Positions 1 through 9,606 are shown, counted from the stretch's first letter. The stretch is DNA of 64,000 bases from Bacilli bacterium (GCA_035362935.1 DAOSEC010000009.1:9501-73500), one strand, 5' to 3'. Notes: generated by a model from the letters alone, not told the origin. Numbers and translations are program-made.

Positions 1-2
1 TT

Positions 3-1112
3 ATGATTATTGGTTGTGTCAAAGAAATTAAAAAACATGAGTACCGTGTGGGTATGACTCCGGACAACGCAAAGGAGTATGCACATCATGGTCATACCGT
101 TCTAATTGAAACTGCAGCTGGACTAGGAGCAGGATTCTCAGATCAAGACTACATCAATAGTGGTGCAACAATTGTTTACACTGCGGAAGAAGTTTGGGAA
201 AAAGCAGACATGATTATTAAGGTAAAGGAGCCTTTAGCACCTGAATACGAATTAATGCGCGAAAACCAAATTATTTACACTTATCTTCACTTAGCGGCAG
301 ATGAAAAGTTAACACTTAAAATGATGGAAAAAAAGGTCAAAGGTGTTGCGTATGAAACCATCAAGGATCGTCACGGTAATTTACCATGTTTAAAACCGAT
401 GAGTGAAATTGCTGGAAAACTAAGTGTTCAAGAAGGTGCAAAATTCCTTGAAAAACCATTTGGTGGATCAGGAGTATTACTAGGAGGTGTTCCAGGAACA
501 CCTAAAGCAAATGTAACCATCATCGGTGGTGGTGTTGTAGGAACAAGCGCATGTAAGATTGCTGTTGGTATGGGAGCAAATGTTACCATTATTGATTTAA
601 ACTTAGATCGATTAACATACCTAGATGATATTTTTGGTGATCGTATCCAAACATTATTTAGCACTCAAGCTAACATCGAAAAAGCAGTATTAAGTGCAGA
701 TTTGGTTGTAGGAGCAGTATTAATTCCAGGAGCAGCTGCACCAAAATTATTAAAGCGTGAGTATTTAGCAAAAATGAAACCAGGTAGCGTTATCGTAGAC
801 GTTGCAATCGATCAAGGTGGATGCAGTGAATTTGCTAAGTTAACATACCACGATGAACCAGTGTTTATGCTAGATGGTGTTGTTAACTATTGCGTTGGAA
901 ATATGCCTGGTGCTGTTCCAAGAACATCTACCATTGCATTAACAAACTCAACATTACGATATGGTTTGATGATTGCAGATATGGGACTAGAACAAGCAGC
1001 AAAACGAAGTGTTGATATATTAGAAGGAATCAATACCTATGATGGAAAATGTACTTACAAAGCAGTTGCAGAAACGTTTGGACTTGAGTACACACCATAT
1101 GTTGCAAAATAA
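3..1112 (+). CDS. ald: L-alanine dehydrogenase
   Basis: N-terminus MIIGCVKEIKKHEYRVGMTP, an NAD-binding GxGxxG region (IIGGGVVGT) and ~370 aa length match Ald; the full ORF lies within the window. Confidence 0.9.
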   Translation: MIIGCVKEIKKHEYRVGMTPDNAKEYAHHGHTVLIETAAGLGAGFSDQDYINSGATIVYTAEEVWEKADMIIKVKEPLAPEYELMRENQIIYTYLHLAADEKLTLKMMEKKVKGVAYETIKDRHGNLPCLKPMSEIAGKLSVQEGAKFLEKPFGGSGVLLGGVPGTPKANVTIIGGGVVGTSACKIAVGMGANVTIIDLNLDRLTYLDDIFGDRIQTLFSTQANIEKAVLSADLVVGAVLIPGAAAPKLLKREYLAKMKPGSVIVDVAIDQGGCSEFAKLTYHDEPVFMLDGVVNYCVGNMPGAVPRTSTIALTNSTLRYGLMIADMGLEQAAKRSVDILEGINTYDGKCTYKAVAETFGLEYTPYVAK

Positions 1113-1133
1113 TTAATTAAAAGGAGAATTACT

Positions 1134-1472
1134 ATGTTTTGTTCAAGTTGTGGATCAGAAATAAGCGATAAGGCAGTTGTTTGTGTGCATTGTGGAAAAG
1201 ATGTTACACCAAAGTCACATGCAGAAACCAATGCAAACTCAAAATCCAAGATGGTTGCAGGTCTTTTAGCCATTTTTGTAGGTCCGCTCGGAATTCATAA
1301 TTTCTATTTAGGGTATACAACCAATGGAATTATTCAACTACTATTATCTACCGTTGGAGCATTTCTTGTTGTTGGTCCTTTTGTTGCGTGGATTTGGGCA
1401 ATTGTAGAAGCAGTACAAATTTTTACAGGAAAAATTGACAAGGACGCACAAGGAAACTTATTGAAAGATTAA
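1134..1472 (+). CDS. zinc-ribbon / TM2-domain membrane protein
   Basis: N-terminal CxxC...CxxC (CSSCGSE...CVHCGK) followed by two hydrophobic helices typical of the TM2 domain; RBS aaaggag 8 nt upstream. Confidence 0.65.
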   Translation: MFCSSCGSEISDKAVVCVHCGKDVTPKSHAETNANSKSKMVAGLLAIFVGPLGIHNFYLGYTTNGIIQLLLSTVGAFLVVGPFVAWIWAIVEAVQIFTGKIDKDAQGNLLKD

Positions 1473-1488
1473 GTTATATATCAAATTT

Positions 1489-1515
1489 ACGACTTCTTCG
1501 GAAGTCGTTTTTTGT
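1489..1515 (+). terminator. rho-independent terminator
   Basis: hairpin acgacttc-ttcg-gaagtcgt followed by a T-run. Confidence 0.7.
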
Positions 1516-1594
1516 TTTAAACTAGCGTGTAAAAAAATTGACAAACAAGTTAATATATAATAAAATAAACATAACCAATATAAGGAGGATCTTT

Positions 1595-1915
1595 ATGGTA
1601 AAAGAAATTAATCAAAAAGAGTTAAAGGATGAAGTTACAAATAGTGATAAAATCGTCTTAGTTGATTTTTATGCCGATTGGTGTATGCCATGTAAAATGA
1701 TGGCCCCAGTGCTAGAAAAACTTTCGAATGACTTTAGTAGCGAAATTGCGGTACTTAAAATCAACACAGATCACAACGAACAAGCATCACGTGCATTTGA
1801 AATCTTTAGCATTCCGACATTAGTTATATTTAAAGATGGTAAAATGGCTACAAGATTAGTGGGATTTAACTCCGCTGATAAGATTATGGATACCGTAAGA
1901 AAACTTAAAAAATAA
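1595..1915 (+). CDS. trxA: thioredoxin
   Basis: WCMPCK active site (variant of WCGPCK) and ~106 aa; start chosen at ATG 1595 after RBS aaggagga; the longer 1538 start lacks an RBS. Confidence 0.85.
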   Translation: MVKEINQKELKDEVTNSDKIVLVDFYADWCMPCKMMAPVLEKLSNDFSSEIAVLKINTDHNEQASRAFEIFSIPTLVIFKDGKMATRLVGFNSADKIMDTVRKLKK

Positions 1916-2010
1916 GATTTACACCACGCGAAATTGCTATCAAATTAGGGATTATGAACGAGTTCATTGTTCCAAATTTTGTCATTTCGTATGGTGTTTC
2001 CTTCCGTTGA

Positions 2011-2034
2011 TTCAACCAATCATCATTGGTTGAA
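2011..2034. promoter_or_regulatory. perfect 10-bp inverted repeat TTCAACCAAT-N4-ATTGGTTGAA upstream of copZ
   Basis: seen directly in sequence; no T-run after it, so it is unlikely to be a terminator; candidate operator. Confidence 0.3.
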
Positions 2035-2067
2035 ACCTAGTAAATCACCAAAAAGGGGAATATATGT

Positions 2068-2274
2068 ATGAAAACAGAGATAAAGATACAAGGAATGTCG
2101 TGTATGCATTGTGTAAAACGAGTTAAGAACGCTATTGCACAACTTGATGGAGTTACATTTGTTGATGTTTTATTAGATGAAGCAAAGGCTATGGTTGAAT
2201 TCGAAGAATCAAAAGTAACAACAACATTACTAGAAGAAACAATTGTAAAGACTGGTTATACACCAGTTAAGTAA
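2068..2274 (+). CDS. copZ: copper chaperone CopZ (heavy-metal-associated domain)
   Basis: GMSCMHCVKRV MxCxxC HMA motif, 68 aa. Confidence 0.85.
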   Translation: MKTEIKIQGMSCMHCVKRVKNAIAQLDGVTFVDVLLDEAKAMVEFEESKVTTTLLEETIVKTGYTPVK

Positions 2275-2285
2275 ACATAAATAAA

Positions 2286-2312
2286 AACGATGTGAGTTAC
2301 ACGTCGTTTTTT
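2286..2312 (+). terminator. rho-independent terminator
   Basis: acgatgtg-agtt-cacgtcgt hairpin plus a T7 run. Confidence 0.7.
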
Positions 2313-2355
2313 TGTTTTAATTGTGAGATTTTTCTAGTATAATATTTATAAAGAG

Positions 2356-4362
2356 GTGACTCAGATGGAACGACTGATGCATAAATTATATTTTTTTACA
2401 AATCAATCAGACTCTCAATCATTGGTATCAAACATTATTTTTATGAAACACAAAGAGTACACGATTTTGTTTTACCCGAGTGCTTTGGTTGGTGATTGTG
2501 AGTTACTAAAACAATATTTAGCAGAGATTTCATCATCGACAATTGACTATATGGTCATTACATCGCTTGAAGGTATTGGATTTGGTTTCTATAAACAAAT
2601 CACCCAACTTGGTATGCATCCAATCGTAGTCACAGATGATAAAATAGCAAATCATTTGATGTCGTACTTGCCAGTTGATCAATTATATATCATTCAAGAA
2701 CATCAGTTTTTAATCGAGATTGGCGAAGATTTGGTCTTGCAATGTGTTCCAACTCCGTTTTTGCATGAAGCTGGTTCATTTATGATCTATGACCCGACAT
2801 CATTATCTTTAATTTCCGGCAGTCTATTTAGTAGTTTCTCCAAAACAGAAAATGGTAAGGAACCAATTGAAAAATGGACTTCCTTTCATCAAATGTATTT
2901 TCCAGGAAGCGAGTATCTAAAACCGGTATTACAAAAGTGTCAATCACTCAACATCAATACGATTCTACCACAGTTTGGGGAACGCATTGAATCAAGACTG
3001 GTCAAATCAGTTGTGGATACATTGTATATGCTTGACTTTTATAATAACAATCAAATCGGTTTCAAGATTACACCAAGTGGAAGACAATTTAATTATCAAA
3101 CATTTTCGAATCAAATCCTTAGAAGATGGAAAGAAGTATTTGGAACCAACGACGTTTTAGATACTTATCGACAAAGTGAAATTCAAATTGACGATAAAAG
3201 TATTGAAATCATAACTACCTCCTTAAAAGACTTTCAGCTTTGGCACCGGTTGTTTGAGATAGCATATGAAAAAAAAGGCATTTCATGGTTATCCGTTGTT
3301 GAACCAATTGTAAAAAAATTAAATTCCATCTATCAACTAGAATATCCAGTGATTTATCAATCTGTTATCGTCACAGCACAACAAAAAATGATAGTTCTTG
3401 ATGAAGAAAAAGGAGAATTGGCTAAAAAACTAAGTACATTAGAAGAAAATTTATTGTCTACACTAGACCGCATGGGTCGTTGCCCAATAACAAACGAGTA
3501 CAATGAGTCCTTCTTCAAACAATATTTACAAAAAACTCTTGACCTGTCAGATCAAACAAATAAGATTGTCTTGTTTATCGATATTGATCAAATTAAAGAG
3601 ATCAATACAAACTATTCAAAAGAAGCAGGAGATGAAACATTAAAAAATGTTGCCTATGTGATCAACCAGAGTAAATCCAGTGAACACTTGCTATTTAAAC
3701 GCAATGGACCAGGTTTTATCGTATTCATTACTGATACATCGATGGATCAAGCGATAAAAACAGCAGAACGGTTCCGTAATAAAATTGTTGATTCACGTTT
3801 ATTTATTAAACCAATTACAATCAGTATTGCTATGGTTCGTGTTGGGGAACTTGAACCATTAGACAGTGACAATGAGCGGTTAATTGATTTGATTTTTAAG
3901 AAAGCTGAGTATCGATTAAAACAAGCCGCATCCAAAGGTGGGAACCAAATCATAAATGAACAAAGTAGTGATATCGTGGTTTCGGCTGGAAAGATATTGC
4001 TAATTGACCCAGAAGATGTTGTTTTTTTGATGTTAAAACAAGCACTCAGAAAAGAAAATTATGAGACAATTTGGGCTCAGGATGGTGCCTTGGCATTAGA
4101 AGCTCTAGTTCAAAATAAAATTGATTTTATCATATGTGAACGTATGATCCGCAAAATTGATGCATTTTCATTAAAACAACAGATTAATGAGACCATGGAA
4201 CTGAGTAATATACCATTCATGATGATTACATACCACAAAAGCAAGGAATTGATGATCAGAGCAAACCAACTAAACATCGATTATATTGTGACAAAACCAC
4301 TCATTGTTGAAGAGGTGATTGGATATATAAGACGTGAACTAGTAGGACGTGTGAACATATGA
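2356..4362 (+). CDS. degenerate GGDEF-domain protein with C-terminal pseudo-receiver (putative c-di-GMP effector/regulator)
   Basis: GGDEF-fold signature LFIDIDQIKEINTNYSKEAGDETLKNVAYVI...KRNGPGFIVFI...AIKTAERFRNKI, with the GGDEF motif replaced by NGPGF (nt ~3700-3717); C-terminal REC-like fold (ILLIDPED...FIICERMI...VTKPL) with the phospho-Asp replaced by Glu; stop overlaps the start of the downstream GT2 gene (ATGA). Confidence 0.7.
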   Translation: MTQMERLMHKLYFFTNQSDSQSLVSNIIFMKHKEYTILFYPSALVGDCELLKQYLAEISSSTIDYMVITSLEGIGFGFYKQITQLGMHPIVVTDDKIANHLMSYLPVDQLYIIQEHQFLIEIGEDLVLQCVPTPFLHEAGSFMIYDPTSLSLISGSLFSSFSKTENGKEPIEKWTSFHQMYFPGSEYLKPVLQKCQSLNINTILPQFGERIESRLVKSVVDTLYMLDFYNNNQIGFKITPSGRQFNYQTFSNQILRRWKEVFGTNDVLDTYRQSEIQIDDKSIEIITTSLKDFQLWHRLFEIAYEKKGISWLSVVEPIVKKLNSIYQLEYPVIYQSVIVTAQQKMIVLDEEKGELAKKLSTLEENLLSTLDRMGRCPITNEYNESFFKQYLQKTLDLSDQTNKIVLFIDIDQIKEINTNYSKEAGDETLKNVAYVINQSKSSEHLLFKRNGPGFIVFITDTSMDQAIKTAERFRNKIVDSRLFIKPITISIAMVRVGELEPLDSDNERLIDLIFKKAEYRLKQAASKGGNQIINEQSSDIVVSAGKILLIDPEDVVFLMLKQALRKENYETIWAQDGALALEALVQNKIDFIICERMIRKIDAFSLKQQINETMELSNIPFMMITYHKSKELMIRANQLNIDYIVTKPLIVEEVIGYIRRELVGRVNI

Positions 4363-7250
4363 GTTTGTCGATAGAAGTAGTATCGAATGTTTTATTGTCT
4401 TTGATTATTGTCACTGGAATTTTGATCTGTTTGATTTTCGCGAATAAATTCATTCTTAAGTACAATAAGATAGCATTTTTGTATACGAAACAATATTTGG
4501 TATATCGCTATTTTGAACAAGATGAAATACAAACAAAATGTTCGAAAAAGCATCTGTTACTAGCATTTGTTTCTTTAGTAGAACAAATAGATTTAGATGA
4601 TGCGATAAAACAAAGAATGATAGAGGATTTGCATAAAAGAGGAATTTTCAAAAAATACTATAGTGAAGTATCTTCAATTTTTGTACGCAAGCGAAAACGA
4701 GCTATTTTTTATTTATCGTATACCATGAACAAAAATATTGTGAAGCAATTGATGGATCGACTAAGTTGTGAAAAAAATGAGTCAGTGAAACTCTATATTG
4801 CGTATGCATGTAAACATCACCTTGACGAGCCATTTGTACGTAAACTTATGGAAACACTTCCAAATGCATCAAAACTTTACCGATTACGTATTTCTAATTT
4901 AGTCAATCAATATTTAGATGCAAATAACTATTTTATTACAACACTTGTAGATACGCCACATCTTGAGGTAAAAGAATGCTTAGTAAGGTATGCGATGAAT
5001 CACAAGCATCAAGTATTAAACCAATTTTTAAGGGATGAGCTAAATCGAGTAGAACACTATATATCTAAAGTCAAAGGATTTGAAGATTACATCAATGAAG
5101 ATGTGATAGATATTGTTGAGTATCAAACCAGTATCATTAAAACTCTATTTGTGATTTACGAAGACAGAACAATCATAGAAGCATATAAAAAAAGTTCAAA
5201 CGAATCCATTCAACATGTCATAATTGATTACTATGCTAAACAAGAAACCATAGAAGGCATGAAACAAATATTGCTATCTGCGAATGGATCTATTGTAGAC
5301 GATTATCGAAAAGAAGTAGTGACTTCATTGACCGATCTCAATCCTGATTTGTTCATAGAGTTAATTGAGCTTTTTCACACAACTAAAGAAGACAATGTTA
5401 GAGTTTTAATTGCATCAATATTGGCGTTTCGTAGTGATTATTTGATTTTGAAGCTAACTACAAAAAAGAAACAACTGTATTTGAAAACAATAAAGTCAAT
5501 TGTAGAGTATGGATTTGTGGCAGAAATAATTCGTTTTCTAAATCAAAATAAAAATAAGTTCATCGAAGAAGAGTTACTCAATACAATACAACCAGTGCTA
5601 CTTGTCAATGAAGCACTGCAACTTGAGTTTAGACAGTATCTCGATCAGCATATACTAGAAAAAATTGGATTCACAAAGAAAGACATTAAAACACTAAGTC
5701 CAAATATTACAAAATTAGAGCGTCGCAAGATTCGATGGCTAACAAGAATACTGATTGTATCAATTGTCTTTTTCCCTATAATTTATGTGTTAAGATACTA
5801 TAACTCATTGTTTTCCACCAACATAACCTTGCTCCTCATTAGGTATGTGGTTGATATCAATTACTATTTGGTATTTTATTATATTATTGTAAACTTGATT
5901 TACTTCATTTTAATTATATTATCATTAAAAGGGTCAAGACAACAAAGTTTTGATTGGAACATGAAATCAAAAACAATGATGTTTGAACGAGGAATGTTAT
6001 CTTCGATTTCAATTATTGCTCCTGCATACAATGAAGAGTTATCAATTGTAGATAGCATCAACTCACTTTTAAATTTACATTATCCAAACTATGAAGTCAT
6101 CGTTGTAAACGATGGATCAAAAGATGGTACCATGTCACAATTGGTATCGGCGTTTGAGTTGGAACGAAAAAATATTACAATCCACTCAAAAATACCAACC
6201 AAACATATCCGTGGAGTATATAAAAACAAACACATTCCAAACCTAACTGTGATTGATAAAGAAAATGGTGGAAAAGCAGATGCACTCAACGTAGGAATCA
6301 ATATGGCAAGATATGACTACATCTGTGGAATTGATGCCGATTCCATGCTTGAGTCTGAATCATTGTTAAGATTAATGAGTGTTACAATAGATGCGAAGGA
6401 AAAAATCATTGCGTTGGGAGGAAATATTTATCCGGCAAATGGTTGTAAAATCGACCGAGGAGTTGTTGAAGAAAAGGGACTGCCATCTAATATGTTAGCA
6501 AGACTACAGTCGATTGAATATTTACGAGCATTTACATCTGGTAGAATTGGTTGGGCAAAATTGAAAACACTGCTCATTGTATCGGGAGCATTTGGATTGT
6601 TTGAAAAAACAATGTTGATTGAGGCAGGAGGTTACTTAACAGTTAGCGGTGTTTTTAAAAAACACACGGTTGGCGAAGATATGGAGTTAGTGGTGCGATT
6701 AGCACGGACAGCACTTGAGAAAAAAATGAATCATAGGATTGATTATGTGTACCACGCGAACTGTTTTACAGAGGTGCCTACAGACATGAAAAGTTTATTG
6801 AAACAGAGAAATCGATGGCATCGTGGACTAATTGATATCTTATCGTATCACCGAAAGTTAATTTTTCATCCCTCTTACAAGCAAGTTGGGATGATTGGCT
6901 TGCCATACTTTACCATCTTTGAAATGATTGGACCATTATTTGAAGTACAAGGATACTTGATGTTATTTCTTGCATTGGCCTTTGGTCTATTAAACGTTCC
7001 TATCTTGCTTGCCATCTTTACTTCAACAATCATGTTAGGAATTGTGATATCACTTCTTTCCTTATGGGTGACAGAACGTGATTCCCAATATTTGGGTATA
7101 AAAGATACGTTGTTACTCGTTATTTATGCGATACTTGAAAATCTTGGATATCGACAACTAATCAGCTTGTATCGTGTAGTTGGTTTTTTTGCTTCCTTAA
7201 GAGAGACCGGTACTTGGGGAGCAATGGTGCGAAAAGGATTTAAAAAATAG
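4359..7250 (+). CDS. family-2 processive beta-glycosyltransferase (PgaC/IcaA/cellulose-synthase-like) with ~470-aa N-terminal TM + helical-repeat extension
   Basis: GT2 motifs VVNDGSKDG, GIDADSM (DxD) and QRNRWHRG (QxxRW); N-terminal TM, central TM block and C-terminal TMs; 963 aa. Confidence 0.8.
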   Translation: MSLSIEVVSNVLLSLIIVTGILICLIFANKFILKYNKIAFLYTKQYLVYRYFEQDEIQTKCSKKHLLLAFVSLVEQIDLDDAIKQRMIEDLHKRGIFKKYYSEVSSIFVRKRKRAIFYLSYTMNKNIVKQLMDRLSCEKNESVKLYIAYACKHHLDEPFVRKLMETLPNASKLYRLRISNLVNQYLDANNYFITTLVDTPHLEVKECLVRYAMNHKHQVLNQFLRDELNRVEHYISKVKGFEDYINEDVIDIVEYQTSIIKTLFVIYEDRTIIEAYKKSSNESIQHVIIDYYAKQETIEGMKQILLSANGSIVDDYRKEVVTSLTDLNPDLFIELIELFHTTKEDNVRVLIASILAFRSDYLILKLTTKKKQLYLKTIKSIVEYGFVAEIIRFLNQNKNKFIEEELLNTIQPVLLVNEALQLEFRQYLDQHILEKIGFTKKDIKTLSPNITKLERRKIRWLTRILIVSIVFFPIIYVLRYYNSLFSTNITLLLIRYVVDINYYLVFYYIIVNLIYFILIILSLKGSRQQSFDWNMKSKTMMFERGMLSSISIIAPAYNEELSIVDSINSLLNLHYPNYEVIVVNDGSKDGTMSQLVSAFELERKNITIHSKIPTKHIRGVYKNKHIPNLTVIDKENGGKADALNVGINMARYDYICGIDADSMLESESLLRLMSVTIDAKEKIIALGGNIYPANGCKIDRGVVEEKGLPSNMLARLQSIEYLRAFTSGRIGWAKLKTLLIVSGAFGLFEKTMLIEAGGYLTVSGVFKKHTVGEDMELVVRLARTALEKKMNHRIDYVYHANCFTEVPTDMKSLLKQRNRWHRGLIDILSYHRKLIFHPSYKQVGMIGLPYFTIFEMIGPLFEVQGYLMLFLALAFGLLNVPILLAIFTSTIMLGIVISLLSLWVTERDSQYLGIKDTLLLVIYAILENLGYRQLISLYRVVGFFASLRETGTWGAMVRKGFKK

Positions 7251-7272
7251 ACCCCTCTAGGTCTATTTTTTC
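7243..7272. terminator. bidirectional rho-independent terminator
   Basis: aaaaaatagacc-cctc-taggtctatttttt lies between convergent genes. Confidence 0.7.
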
Positions 7273-8000
7273 TTTGGTATGAATAGTTCAAATACAGCAT
7301 TCGAATAGTATTTTTTGACAGCATCAAGTTCATCTTGAGAACGAACCGTCCAAGCAATGATAATGACTCCACGTTTTTGCAAGTTGGTTAGTCTTCGCAT
7401 CGGTAGTAATGTGTGTTCATAATTAATGAAGTGAGGTTTTACAATGGGATATAAAACAATATGTTTGATTAATTGCTTATTGATCCAAGGTTCTTTGGAA
7501 TCTTTCATATCATAGGCTACGAGTCCTCTTTTGATGGTTGGTGCATGTTTCGTAAACCAATGGATAATAAATGGATTAAAGGACTGAACTGCATAATCTC
7601 CATCATAACCATTTAATACATCTAGTAAAACAGTGCATATCTCATCAATTCGTTTTGTGTTTTTGATTTCAATGAGAAGTGGGACTGCACCGGCTATTTC
7701 AGATAATACATCTTTAAGCAAAGGGATAGTTTGATTGCTTCCAAGCAGTGGATACTCTTTGATTTCATCGTATGTAGAAGTTTCGACCTCTAAAGGAACT
7801 CCACATAATCTTGTCAATGTAGAATCATGAAATACGACGATTTGTGAATCTTTAGTTATGTGAATGTCGAATTCCATTGCATAACCACGCTCTTTTGCTA
7901 ATTGAAAAGCTTTCATGGAATTTTCTGGGACAACTTCGTTGTCGGTGTGAAGACCTCTATGAGCGATGTCGTATGTTTTCATCCATTCCAATGAAATCAC
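7263..8000 (-). CDS. glycerophosphodiester phosphodiesterase
   Basis: GDPD motifs HRGLHTDNEVVPENSMKAF...EFDIHITKDSQIVVFHD; GTG start. Confidence 0.85.
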   Translation of the reverse strand: MISLEWMKTYDIAHRGLHTDNEVVPENSMKAFQLAKERGYAMEFDIHITKDSQIVVFHDSTLTRLCGVPLEVETSTYDEIKEYPLLGSNQTIPLLKDVLSEIAGAVPLLIEIKNTKRIDEICTVLLDVLNGYDGDYAVQSFNPFIIHWFTKHAPTIKRGLVAYDMKDSKEPWINKQLIKHIVLYPIVKPHFINYEHTLLPMRRLTNLQKRGVIIIAWTVRSQDELDAVKKYYSNAVFELFIPKKK

Positions 8001-8037
8001 CTCTTTCTAAATGTATTCTACCTTAATTTAAATGGTT

Positions 8038-8075
8038 TGTAAATACTACGTTTTACTTATGTAAATACTGCGTTT
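8038..8075. repeat. tandem direct repeat TGTAAATACTRCGTTT x2 (22-bp period) in the GDPD/MFS divergent intergenic region
   Basis: seen directly; sits immediately upstream of the MFS -35 element. Confidence 0.4.
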
Positions 8076-8085
8076 CATTTACTCG

Positions 8086-8113
8086 TTGACAAATACAAGG
8101 GTTTTCGTATAAT
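8086..8113 (+). promoter_or_regulatory. sigma-A type promoter (TTGACA-16-TATAAT)
   Basis: consensus hexamers about 30 nt upstream of the MFS RBS. Confidence 0.55.
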
Positions 8114-8145
8114 AGAGTTATAATATACGCAAGGAGTGTGGCATT

Positions 8146-9561
8146 TTGAAACTAGATTCGAAAAAAATATTGTTTGTTGGCTTAGCATTTTTCTTAATCT
8201 CTATCTTTTGGCAAGTGTATGACATTACCATTCCGAAAATACTAATGTATAAATTTGGGTTAAATCACAGCGTATCTGGTGTGATTATGGCTGTTGATAA
8301 TATTTTGGCATTAACGCTATTACCACTCTTTGGAGCATTATCTGACCGAAGTCGTCATAAACTAGGGCGCAGAACCCCATTTGTAATTATTGGTACAATC
8401 GCTGCTGTCATTGCATTTATGGGATTAACATTTTCTGATAATTATCAACTTCAATTGATTGAAGAAGCTGGTATTGTTGAATATGTTGATGGATTAGAAG
8501 CGGTACTTCCAGCAGGTCAAGTATTGACTGAGGCACAACTTATTGAAGTACGTGCGAGAGCCTGGGATGTCACAGTGAACAACCCAATGAATATCGTTGT
8601 ATTTTCTGGTCTTTTACTCATTGTTCTAATCGCGATGTCAACGTTCCGCTCACCAGCGGTTGCGTTAATGCCTGATGTGACGGTGAAACCACTTAGATCA
8701 AAGGCCAATGCAATCATTAACTTAATGGGTGGAGCGAGTGGAGCTATTGCACTTGTATTGATGATGGTTTATAAAACCGATGCAACCCGGTTTAATCATA
8801 ACATGATGCTATTCTTTACGATTGCCGCTATTATGTTAATATCACTCGGTGTCTTTTTATGGAAAGTAAAAGAACCAATCTTAGTAAAGCAAATGGAAGA
8901 AGACAAAATCAAATATGGCATTGTCGATGAAATGGAAGAAGTCAAAGAAGAAAAGTTACCAAAAGCACAACTTACTTCCTTAATTTTAATTCTATCATCT
9001 ATTTTCTTGTGGTTTATGGGTTATAATGCCGTTACATCTAAATTTTCAGTTTATGCAAAAGACATTCTTAATATGGGGGCAACCTTACCACTGATGATAG
9101 CTAATATTGCTGCTATTCTTACTTACATACCAGCAGGTATGGTAGCAAGTAAGATCGGGCGAAAAAACACGATTATGATTGGTGTTGTTATGATGGTAGT
9201 ATCGTTTGGTTCTGCATATTTCTTAACACCAACATCCAATTACTTAATGTATGTTGTACTACTATTAGCAGGTATGGGTTGGGCTTCGATTAATGTTAAC
9301 TCTTACCCAATGATAGCAGAACTTTCAAAAGGATCAAACGTCGGAAAATACACTGGATATTATTATACATTCTCAATGAGTGCACAAGCGATAACCCCTG
9401 TTATTTCTGGGGTATTGATGGATGTAATCGATCCTAGAATTTTGTTTCCATACGGAGCGTTCTTTATTTTCTTAGCATTCTTTACTATGATTATGGTAAA
9501 ACATGGAAATGCAAAACCAATTCCACAAAAGGCTGTCGAATACTTAGGGACAGATGACTAA
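8146..9561 (+). CDS. MFS transporter
   Basis: 12 predicted TM helices, MFS loop motif GALSDRSRHKLGRRTP, TTG start with RBS aaggag. Confidence 0.8.
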   Translation: MKLDSKKILFVGLAFFLISIFWQVYDITIPKILMYKFGLNHSVSGVIMAVDNILALTLLPLFGALSDRSRHKLGRRTPFVIIGTIAAVIAFMGLTFSDNYQLQLIEEAGIVEYVDGLEAVLPAGQVLTEAQLIEVRARAWDVTVNNPMNIVVFSGLLLIVLIAMSTFRSPAVALMPDVTVKPLRSKANAIINLMGGASGAIALVLMMVYKTDATRFNHNMMLFFTIAAIMLISLGVFLWKVKEPILVKQMEEDKIKYGIVDEMEEVKEEKLPKAQLTSLILILSSIFLWFMGYNAVTSKFSVYAKDILNMGATLPLMIANIAAILTYIPAGMVASKIGRKNTIMIGVVMMVVSFGSAYFLTPTSNYLMYVVLLLAGMGWASINVNSYPMIAELSKGSNVGKYTGYYYTFSMSAQAITPVISGVLMDVIDPRILFPYGAFFIFLAFFTMIMVKHGNAKPIPQKAVEYLGTDD

Positions 9562-9573
9562 TTATAACTATGT

Positions 9574-9606
9574 AGGCTGAAACCATTTGGTTTCAGCCTT
9601 TTTTAA
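9574..9606 (+). terminator. rho-independent terminator
   Basis: aggctgaaacc-atttg-gtttcagcct plus a T-run. Confidence 0.75.

Noticed and set aside
1538-1594. Longer start for thioredoxin (MTNKLIYNKINITNIRRIFMVKE...)
   Set aside because: It has no RBS and overlaps the promoter. A strong aaggagga sits 6 nt before ATG 1595, giving a canonical 106-aa Trx.
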